From: the human T2T-CHM13v2.0 reference genome, Homo sapiens
Assembly (NCBI RefSeq): GCF_009914755.1
Contig: NC_060930.1
DNA: 64,000 nt
Direction: 5' to 3' (one strand)
Made by a program: the position numbers and the translations under genes. Positions 14,028 to 25,902 of the stretch are shown piece by piece (the first letter of the stretch is position 1; each line of letters starts with the position of its first letter). Below the pieces are notes generated by a model that was not told the origin of the DNA, ran no database searches, and saw only the letters and a program-made list of their open reading frames with translations.

Positions 14028-17000
14028 TCCAGTTACATCTTATTGGATGTTTTTTCTGTTTTATTTTGTTGCATAGAGAGAGGAGTTTGTTTTTCCCCCC
14101 TTACTTCTTATGAGCCGTGCAATGAATTAAATATTATGGTTCATAAAGGGTCTGGATGTTTCATCATAAGAGAATCCTATATGGCCAGATGCTGAAGCCT
14201 TACTCTAGCTCTATCTCCCAAATTGCAATGTGTTAGAAATTACAGTTAAACCATAAAACACATTCAGTATCAGAACCAGATCTCTATGAAGCATAGTTCA
14301 TATCAAATGTACATTTTTATTTATTGAACTCTTGCATCAGAATTAATAATATTTTTGGTAGTAGTCTTCCTTAGGTTGCAGAAATATCAACATGCTGAGT
14401 CCCTCGGGATAGCTGTTTTTGTTCAACAGATATTAGAGTGCTTCACACATAGCAGGCACTGATAAATACTAATTGTTTGAGAAGACTAGACATAAAACAC
14501 AAAAGAATAAGGTGGCCAGACTTTATCCAAATAAATCCTTAAACCCATCAGCATGTTATTTTATATAAATATACATCATTTAGATACATTTCCTATTATA
14601 TCACCCAAGTTTCAATTCCAACTTAATTCCTTCAACCTGCCATAACTGCACTCAACCTCAAGGAATAAGAACACATAATAAAAATCTAAGGGTGGAAAAC
14701 TGGATAAAGGTTCTTAGTTTTATTTGGGCGACTTGGTACAAGTAAGGCAGAGGGACCAAAGGGGGAATTATTCCAGAAATATAGAAAAGAAGAGATGATG
14801 TAGATAGTACTTCAGTGAAAAAAAAATAAATGATTATTTTGATTCTTTGTTGTAGACAGCTGCAAGCCAAACAAGTACACTTTTTCCTATGGCAGATATG
14901 TATGGGAACCACACCAAACTTCCTTTACACATCTACAAATGGATGTACAATTTAACCTCTGGGTTGGACCGGCACCTCCACAAAGAACTAATTTTCCTTC
15001 CATTAATACTCTAGCAAACAATAGGAGTCTATAGAAACAGCCGGGTCACATTTGTTGAGAAAGGGAACAAAACATTATGTCCACATGTTAGATATAGAGT
15101 ATACTGTATATGGCACTCCATTCAATCCACTAACAAACTTTCCAGTGCAGATCCATGACTCTTTCACTTCCATAGCATTCCTATGCATAATTAGTGGTAG
15201 CTTAGGTTCTTTCTCTCTCAGTCAAAATAGAACATTAGAATACATGCAAACAAAGAGCAATGTTGTTTTAAAGATAAATGTGAATTCATTCTAATGTATT
15301 AAAAAGTAGATTATTTATGAACTTAGATTACTTACAAACTTTAATATTTTACCTATGATTTATAATAAACTACCTACAATACATATTACACCTGAATATG
15401 ACATGCCAGTGTATATGGTAGTTGAAAACCACTGCCATTTATCAACTAAATTTTGATCATCTGCAAAAAAGTGAAGATAATCTGCAATTATAAGTATCTT
15501 CTATTAAAAGAGAAAGAAATGAGTGGCTCTAGTCACTGACAAACATCAAAGCACAGCCAAATGGTATGATACTTATATTAATTAATAGACCATACAAATA
15601 AATGTGAAGAAATGCTGAGATTTCCCAGTATTTTTTGACTTGACATTTCTTCCAGAATATCACATTTTGTTGTCCCTAATTTATTGGTGCCCAAAGCACG
15701 TCTTTCTCATCTTTATTGGATGTCCCCACAGGAGAGGAGGGAGGTGGTGGGGCAGAGTGCCCAAATGCTGTTGGTGGCTACTGCCACCTGGCACAGGAGA
15801 AAACTGAGGAAGTCCTAGCGACTGTTAGTACGGCAAAAATCTCTTATGGGAATTGCTCCATTCTACAAATACAATCCCATCTGCATTGGCAACCTTACAT
15901 TGTTTCTGGATTAGTACTGGCAGAAAAACAACTCTATCATATGCTCTGCTGACATGTCAATAACAGCCTCAGGATGCAATTGGCATTGTAAATGATTATC
16001 AGCTAATGTATGCTTACATTGCTTAACTGAGTGGTTTTACTAATTTTGAAAATTTAATTACTTTTGATTACATGTAACATTAATGGTGTAAGAGCCAAAA
16101 GCATATTCACATATAATTCTATAATCTAAGTATAAAAAGAAATGAGAAGCATGACAAATTAAAAGTTCAAACACTGAAAAACAAAAATCAGATACTCAGA
16201 TATTCATCAGCTAGTTTTCTCCTTCCTCCACTACCTAGTTTTATTAAATAAATTTTGGTGATAAAGAAAGATTAGGAATAAAAGCCTACATGGTAAAATC
16301 AATAATACTAAATGTACTGAAGTGCTAAATCTTATGATCATGTGGGTGAAGCATTTATTTATTGTTTTATCCATTTGATGAAGCAAACAATAAATTGCTT
16401 AGGGAGACTGCTATGTCACTAAATTGAAGAGAGATTTATGTTTTAGAAGCTATATTTGCACTTGCATTCAAAACAAGTTTTGTAAATAGATTTCTCCAGA
16501 ATTGTTTATTCAGGTATTCAGTATTAGAGGCCATATTTTGAAACTGGCAAATAGAACAAAGGAAAGGCTGTAGGATTTCTTGAATTACATGGCCCTTTTA
16601 AACCTGAAATTGTAGCATAGATTTCCCAACAAATGTAACCTATTCTACAAGAAAAATGGTGTATGTTTTATCCCACCGAAATGATTTGCTTATTCTTTTA
16701 AACTGGTCATTGGAGGATATTCTAAGATTAACTTGAAATATAAAATTTAACAGAGCATAGAAAAATGAGAAATGGGATATACTTATTATCTGAGAAAAAA
16801 ATAGCATTATAACTTAGTATTCTTCTGTCCATAATGCCCTTAAAATTGTGATGCTTGCTTGATGTAGTCTCTGCCAGGTTAGACAATAGTATACAAATAC
16901 CCTATTCTTAAATTTTACCTTCACTTTGAAAAATAAATCCCATCTGGCCTCTTTTAAGAGCCAGCCTCTCTACTTATCCCACCCCCAAACTGTTTTCACC

Positions 17001-17924
17001 CAACAAAATACATCTATATGTAATTGGGTCACATAGTGCTACATACTCTGGCCTCAGGTTTTAATATACATATATTTAAAATTACAAACAACAGGGGAAG
17101 GCAAGTAGGTATAATCCAAACCCAGTGATTCCTAAGCAGGATTTTTCCACTAGGCATTTCTCTACCTCAGTGGAATTTATTGTTTTCTTGTCAACCAAGT
17201 CCTGATAAAACCATCTTCTTACAAAGGCAAGCAGGCTGTCTAAGAGACAGGTGGGTAGGGAGGATCTTTCCCCCACATCCATACCCTACACCAACACTAG
17301 AACTCATGCTTCTTCTTTTCTCTAGAAAGAACTTCTATCCTATTTGCTTTTGTAACTGTCTGGGTGTCTAAGGCATGGTACATGCTTTTGAAATTTTTTT
17401 GATTCCTTGAAAATATGAAATTTGAGTAACTCCCACTTATTTCTGGTCTCTAAGGAAGCAAGAATACTTGAAGGATTGTAATAAGAGGATTGAACTGTGT
17501 TCATGAGGACTATGCCAATTGATTACCAATTTGAAAGTCCTAGAACACAATGAAATAAAAATTAAGAATAAAATACTTCTAAACCAAACATAGCCTGTCA
17601 TTGATCATTTAGCAAGAACTTCAGTATTTTATTATACTTGAAGGTCATTGTTATTTGTATCATTTTTTACTGCGTATTAGAGGTATTAAATATATATCAG
17701 GCTGAATCTGTATGGACTTCATAAAATATCCTGGAAGTTAGATTTTAAGATAAATCTGTGACTAGATAATTTATTTAACAGTTGGTTCTAAATTATTAGA
17801 AAAACACTGCAATTCAGAGCTATTCAAGGTCTCTAATTCAAGATAAAATGAGAATATGTTGAAATGAAAACCTTAAAATCAGTTATCACACTGGAAAGAT
17901 ATGAAACACATTTCTCAGTACACA

Positions 17925-18120
17925 TGGTGGTCACTTAGGTGCTGTACAATTATCTGCTTGGGTTCAGTCTTCATGCCACCACTTGGTATGAAGTGGTCAT
18001 ACACCACTTGGTATATAACCTTGGACAGGGATTCTTGCTTCTTAGTGCCTCAGTTTCCTTATCTGTAAAATACAGATTATAATAAAACCTACCTCATAAG
18101 TTATTCTAAGGATTAAAATA
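17925..18120 (+). mobile_element. MIR SINE
   Basis: accttggacagg...tgcctcagtttccttatctgtaaaat...cctacctcataagttattctaaggattaaa. Confidence 0.8.
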
Positions 18121-18124
18121 ATTG

Positions 18125-18890
18125 ATGTTATCCTTGATTTCTAATTTTTCTCATCCCTCACTCTCATATGCAATTCATCATGAGGTCCTATTTTTCTTCC
18201 TCTAACCATATCTTGATCCTTTCCATTTAAAACTATTTTTATGTGCCCATCTTCATTAAGACCACAATCATTTTACAGATGCATAAATAGATCTCCCTAA
18301 ATCCACACATTTCCAACTCTAGTCCATTCTCCAGAGTGATCCTTTTAAAACGTTTAAACAAATCACATCTTTCTCCTTCTTAAAATTCTGTCATGAATTC
18401 TTCTTATTGTTCTTTAAGGAAAAAAAAAACAGACTTTTTAACATGGTCAATATCATTCAGCATGATTCATTTCCTCCAGATCTATGAATTTCATCTTCAC
18501 AATTTTGCCCCTTCACTCATTTGCCATCCTCCTGTCAGTTCCTCAAACCTAGCAAGTCCTTCGCATTGCAAGGTTGTGGTATACATTCTTCTCTGGAGCC
18601 GTAAACCCTTCTCTGAGCCCTGCACATGAACTTCTCCTGTTCATTCCTGAAGAATCTCTGAAATGTATCTCCTTATGTATGTATTTCCGTGCCACTCTAT
18701 TTAAAGTGGCGATCCCACATTATTAATTATGCCATTACCTTGAATACTAATTACCATAATCTTCAACTATCTCATTTGTTATTTACTGCCTACTTTCCCC
18801 AATCAGAATATAAGTTCCTCAGAGTCAGGCTATCTAATTCATTCTTTATTTTCATTGCTTGGCACATAGTAGGTGGTTAACAAGTTAAGA
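18125..18890 (+). mobile_element. L2 3' region
   Basis: tagtccattctccagagtgatccttttaaaac...cagaatataagttcctcagagtcagg...gcttggcacatagtaggtg. Confidence 0.75.
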
Positions 18891-19297
18891 ATAAAGAAAA
18901 AGCTCACCACTATTTGTGGCACATATAAATGCTCCATCAATAGTGGCTTTTATCATTAGAATAATTATTTTATTCAAGGAAATTATGTAAATTATCAGGT
19001 AAAAGAGTGAATATAAATGCATAACTTGAGAGACTGCTTTTGGCATTGAAAGAAATTCACCAGCTCAGTGAATAAACACTGTGACACTGAATAGCATCCA
19101 AATTAATTTTATCATGCATATTGAGATCCCGAGTTTAATTTTTTGGCAGTATTATTTGGGTTTCTCTTTGAGAACTGCAGAAATATTCGAAGAGTAGATA
19201 GTAAATACAACCTCCATTGCTGCTTCATGGCTGTCTATCAAACCCCACTGGTAAGCACCTTGTGGATAGGCATGATATTCCACTTAACATACATACA

Positions 19298-19298
<1 letters not shown>

Positions 19299-19332
<34 letters not shown>
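19299..19332. repeat. (CA)n microsatellite
   Basis: Directly visible. Confidence 0.95.
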
Positions 19333-19336
<4 letters not shown>

Positions 19337-20855
19337 CTCAAGTTAACATGCAGATGACAGGTGTTCAAATATTTGTTTACTTGAATTGAATTTGATAGAA
19401 AGGTGGAGCAATGTCACAAGAGAAAGATCGAAGGTTTATTAGCAAGAGCCACACAAATGCTTGTCTACTTAGATAATAGCTTGGGCTTTGGTGCTCTCAA
19501 TTAATCAGTGATTCTAACCAACTGGCCAGAATTGTTTAATTAGCTGAAACACAAACAATTAGCTGTTTTACTAGACAACTAATCCATGGAAATAACTAGC
19601 TAGAAAAATTCCATAGATTATCCAAGGTCTGTGGTCTGTAACTGTCTCTTTGTAGGTCGTCTCGCAAAATTCAGAGAAATGTATGCTCTGCCTGTAATGT
19701 CAGGCAGTGGAAATGCTCTAGGATGAGAGGGAAAGCTGAAAATGACAGAAGGGCTGAAAACATGACTCGACTTGATTAGAGCAAAGAGAAGACATTATTG
19801 TTGCAGCACAGAAAGAAGAGGAATAACGAATAGGGAGACTTGCTGACAAAAATAGAATCAAGTGACTAGATTGGAAGTTTTGAGGTAAAATCAATTTCAG
19901 TTATAGAAAACAAGAATGAAGAGAAAAGCAGATAGGATAGAAGGCAAAAGAGGAAAGTTTGGAAAGCTTTCATTCATAATCGTAATTAAATATTCAAAAT
20001 ACCCTACTTATCCCTTATTAATACAATATAAAAGAACATGCTTTAGTATTAAAATCTAAGTCTGATTTTTTAAGAAGTTTATAAACTTTGTTCGGAAAGT
20101 TTACATTTCAAAGGAAATGAGATCCAGAAAAATAACAATTTAGAGCACTTAACGATAAAGTAAAAGGAAAAGGTGTTATTTCAGACACAAAAACTTCCAT
20201 TAATATCTGAAGATCTCTGTGCTATAGCAGAAATTGTGTAGAATAAAATATCACATATGTATGTGTGTACATATATATATACATAGCATGTATAAAACTA
20301 AATAATTTGTAACATGTCTGCAGCTTTCAGAGATCAAAACCAAATAATATCTTCGTTGATTTAAAACCTTCTTCTCATGATTTCAAGGCATGTTATTGCA
20401 TGATAAAATTCATTTGTTACACCTACTCAGGTGGTAATACATGTTATAGCAATTTTGTAGAAAAGGAAATTGAGTATATTTTGTGGGACTTCTCTAACTT
20501 AAAGCAATGAATCAAATCAAGCAAAAAAGTTATAGTCTCAAGCCAGAAGACCCAGTTCACCAAGTCTTTTCTCTCTCTTACTTTCAATAACTAAAACTAA
20601 TATAATATTGAGCCACTGATTTGATTTTTACCTACTACTTGTATGTGCTATTATAAATAAGATCAATGAAGTGAAAAATTTAAAAATAAAAGTCAAATTA
20701 TATATTTTACCTTTAACTTCAAATAACTTTGATCATTGGAAAATGTAACCCATGGATTTTTCTAGAATAAAACATATAAAAATGAATAGACATACTTAGA
20801 AAAATAAGACTCTAACACTGACTCTTCTATTTCTTCTTAAAAGTCTTACATTTGG

Positions 20856-21208
<353 letters not shown>

Positions 21209-21279
21209 TTACTGATCTTTATTCCCTTTGGATTTGCAAGTACATACTCAGCATCTCTTGTACTTTACAAATTCCAAAC

Positions 21280-21370
21280 AGATTACTGAGAAGCTTGTTA
21301 AACACCCAAGCACCTCAGGTGGTTCTGATCCAGGTAGTCTAGGGAACCAACTTTAAAAACACTTGATCTA
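21280..21370. mobile_element. MER5-like hAT MITE remnant
   Basis: aagcttgttaaacac...aagcacctcaggtggttctgat...caactttaaaaacact. Confidence 0.5.
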
Positions 21371-22099
21371 GGAGTTAACAAGCCAGTTGTGAAAACAAAA
21401 AACATACATAACACGAGAACAACACATAGCCATCAATGCAGGGCAGATGTTACTACATGGTCACTTGTGTGGTCAACAGAGAGAGAATGCGGGCATGGTC
21501 AGGGCCTGCTCTACAGGGTTGGTGTTTTCTAAGTTACTTAATTAAATAATTCACCCTGGAACCAGGCATAACTAGAAGAATGAAATATCCGTCTTCCTAT
21601 TTCCCACAAAAAAGCCTGGGGAAATATTTTTTTCCCTGGCTAAAATTTAACTGAATCCCACAAGTAATCAATCCAAGACTTTTTCTAGATTGTACTGAAA
21701 AGAACTAACTCTAGCCTTGAAAATTATGAGCAGTTAGGAAAATACTTCCCCTATTTTTCCCACAGGGAGGACAAGAGGCTTTACTCCATTACTTACAATT
21801 TCCCAATAAATAGCTCCTCATTGCTTTCAATTTCAATTTCAAACTCCTCAGTATGGGCACAGTCTTCCCAATACAACCTCTACCTCCCTTTCCAGATTAC
21901 TATTTGAGGATTACACAACCCTGGCCCTTCACTCCAGTGGAAAGTAAGATGGTTTCAGATGTGAAAACAAGGAAATGCATTGGCTCACTTAAGAATAAGC
22001 CCCAGTTGCTACAATTGACCATGTAGCAACATCTGCTTTGCACTGATGTCTATGTATTGTCCTTGTGTTCTGTATTTTTCTTGTTTTTACAACTAACTT

Positions 22100-22460
22100 G
22101 TTAACTCACAGGTCAAGTGTTCTCAAAGTTGGAAACTAAACAGCCTGAAATGGGCTTTAGAGTTGGTTGATAAAGTGCTTCAATGATTAAATGAAGAACC
22201 TGTAGTCTCTTTACTTGTAAGCTCTACTAAATATTAGATTGATCCTAAGATTGGTTCCTCTGAAATTGCATAATGGCTTCCAGTAGCAATAGAGGCTAAA
22301 TGCATCTTCCTTTTCATCCAGCAGGAGACAGAAGGAAGCTTCCCATAGTTTGTTCTAAGAGTAAGAAACTTTATTCTCAGAACTCACCAACAAATTTCTT
22401 GTTGGGTCTCATTGGCCCAGATCACTGTAAATGTGCCCATCTCTGAACCAGATATGACCT
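22100..22460. mobile_element. MLT1-type MaLR LTR fragment
   Basis: aatggcttccagtagc...gggtctcattggcccaga...atgtgcccatctctgaacca. Confidence 0.6.
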
Positions 22461-22519
22461 GATATGTCATGATGTTTGATAGTCAATCACAGTTTCCACT
22501 ACACTGACCTACTTGCAAT

Positions 22520-22900
22520 TCTAGTAATGCCCACATTCTCTGAGACCACCGTAGCTTTCACATTCTTTTGCCTCTACCTTGAATTTCTTTTCTGCTCATC
22601 ATGATTGGTCAAGTCATACCCTGTAATATTTATTTCAAATGTCACCTCCTTTTGAAAGGATGTTTTATCACTTTATTCACCTCCCTAAATTTAGTTTGTT
22701 GCCACTCCTTTTTATTCCCATACTACTCCCATAAAAACCTTGATGCTAACATTGTACTCACTTTTTTTTGGTCTCAATTATTTAAGGGTGTAGTTATAAC
22801 ACTCTAGTTATAACAGAACAGTGACTGTCAGTGACTTACATGTATGGTAGATGATTAATAAAATACTGGTTAAATTAATTAGTAAAGAAATAAGTGAAAA
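22520..22900 (+). mobile_element. L2 3' end fragment
   Basis: ttcaaatgtcacctccttttgaaag...agaacagtgactgtc...gtagatgattaataaaatactggttaaattaat. Confidence 0.55.
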
Positions 22901-24720
22901 CAGCATCACCATGAAACTGCCCTCCCCAAAGTCAAAACCAAGACCTGCCCTGTTTATGAGCCGTAACACCCCCACCATTCAAGGGGGTGGTGACGTCAGC
23001 CAGGAAGCGTCTTGAAAGCAAGAGTCAACACTAATTAAATGCTCAATAAATGTTAATGAATATAGGAATAAATATTAATACATGAAAAATAAAGTTACAC
23101 ATAAATATGTTAAAATTCCCTTACAAAACAAATATAATTCCCTTATATGTCACCCTCTGGGTAGGAACCAAGTCGCAGTTTTATTTTGACTAATCGTATT
23201 TTGTGAATAGAAACGATAGCCCTGGTTGCTGTTCTCTGGGAGGAAACACTCTACCTCACTTCATCCAAACCTCATTTTACAAACTGAGTTGCCCTCACTG
23301 GCTTTATAGGTCTCTCAACTTACTGGTTTTCTTGCTGTATTTGTCAGATGCCTATACTTTCTTAGAGGTAACAGGAGCTACATTAGTATAGCCATGGGGC
23401 CAAGAGTCAAACCAAACAGGCAAGGTTCCCAATTCTTCCTCCTGTTTTTATTGGGTGTGCTGTGATTTGTATGTATTTTATATATGAAAGGTCTTTTAAG
23501 ATTTTAGTCTAATCATTTTCAAAACATTATCTTAGCCCTAATGACTAACATTTATTAATCATTAACTTTGTACAAGGTTTAGTGTTTAACGTGGATTATA
23601 GGGCTATAAAAAACCCTGTAAAATTTGTACTATATGATTTTCATTTTTATAGATTCAGAATCTAAACTTAAATGAACACTCTAATGGGGAAATTACAATT
23701 TAATAAAAAAATTGTATAGAGATAAATTTGGTAATATTTGTCTAAAGCCTTTAAAATGTGTATATTTTTTGAAAATCTTAATTCTAACTTTCATTTATAT
23801 GGGCTAGCAAAATGAGCCAATAAGACCAAGTTATTTTCTTGACAGTCTTGGCCTAAGTTGGTCATTTTCATTGTATTTAACTTATAAACAATCTTTTTCC
23901 TCAAAAGAAAATATGCAAGAGTTGTTCATAAATTCATCTAGTAGTCACACCTTACCCACAAGGCACTGATATGTCATGTGAATTTTGGAGTCTCTTGTCC
24001 TTCTGTGACTTCAGCCTCCCATAGCCAGCCTTTTTGCCCAATTTCACATCAAAGTTCATGTATTGTATAAGTCTGAAAAATGCTATGAATAAATAAATGA
24101 GAGATATATTCCTGAAAAGATAGAGTATTGGACTGGGACTAAAAAGAATAAATAAATGAATCTTTTAAAACTTGAGGATACAGAATAGACTGCATCCATT
24201 GAAAATATATTTGTGTCCAAAATTGAAATAATAAAACTTTTATAATATAAAGAGCTTTTAGAAATTAATTAAAACTAGATGAGCTATCCTCCCCCCAAAG
24301 AAATTTGCCTGTGAGTTTAAAAATGTGCTCAACTATGAATTAAAGAACTATATTAAATACAGTTGTGCATCATTTAATGGTAGGGATACGTTCTGAGAAA
24401 TGTGTCATTATGGGAACATCATAGAGTATACTTACACAAACCTACAAGCATAGCCTGCTACACACCTAGGCTAGATGATATGGCCTTTTGCTTCTAGGCT
24501 ACAAATGTGTACAACATGTTACTACACTGATTATCACAGGGTATTGTAACACAATGGTAAGTCTTCATGTATCTAAATTTATCTAACCACAGAAAAGGTA
24601 CAGAAAAATATGTGGTATAAAAGTCAAGAATGGTACACCTATATAAAAGCACTTACCATGAATAGAGTTGACAGGAAGTTGCTCTGGGTGAGTCAATGAA
24701 TGAGTGGTGGGTGAATGTGA

Positions 24721-25144
<424 letters not shown>

Positions 25145-25902
25145 TTAAAGTAACTTTTTAACTTTATTATTATTATTATTTATACTTTAAGTTCTGGGTT
25201 ACATGTGCAGAAGGTGCAGTTTTGTTACATAAGTATACACATGCCATGCTGGTTTGCTGCACCCATCAGCCTGTCACCTACATTCGGTATTCTCCCAATG
25301 TTATTCCTCCCCTAGCCCCACACACCCTGCAGGCCCTGGTGTGTAATGTTCCTCTCCCTATGTCCATGTGTTCTCGTTGTTCAACTCCCACTTACAAATG
25401 AGAACATGTGGTGTTTGGTTTTCTGATCTTGTGATACTTGGCTGAGAATGATGGTTTCCACCTTAATCCATGTCCCTGCAAAGGACATGAACTCATCTTT
25501 TTTATGGCTGCATAGTATTCCATGGTGTATATGAGCCACATTTTCTTAATCCAGTCTATCATTGATGAACATTTTGGTTGGTTCCAAATCTTTGCTATTG
25601 TGAATAGTGCTGCAATAAACAAACATGTGCATGTGTCTTTATTGTAGAATGACTTATAATCCTTTGGGTATATGCCCAGTAATGGGATTGCTGGGTCATA
25701 TGGTATTTCTAGTTCTAGATCCCTGAGGAATCGCTACACTGTCTTCTACAATGGTTGAACTAATTTACACTCCCACCAACAGTATAAAAGTGTTCCTATT
25801 TTTCCACAACCTCTCCAGCATCTGTTGTTTCCTGACTTTTTAATGATCGCCATTCTAACTGGTGTGAGATGGTATCTCATTGTAGTTTTGATTTGCATTT
25901 CT

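Noticed and set aside
12827-14076. 120-178 aa ORFs as novel proteins
   Set aside because: They lie in GC-rich L1 5'UTR and Alu sequence, overlap on both strands, and show no recognisable domain.
15776-15796. CTCF-like motif (rc gtgccaggtggcag)
   Set aside because: Mismatches the conserved 5' CC core; not supportable from sequence alone.
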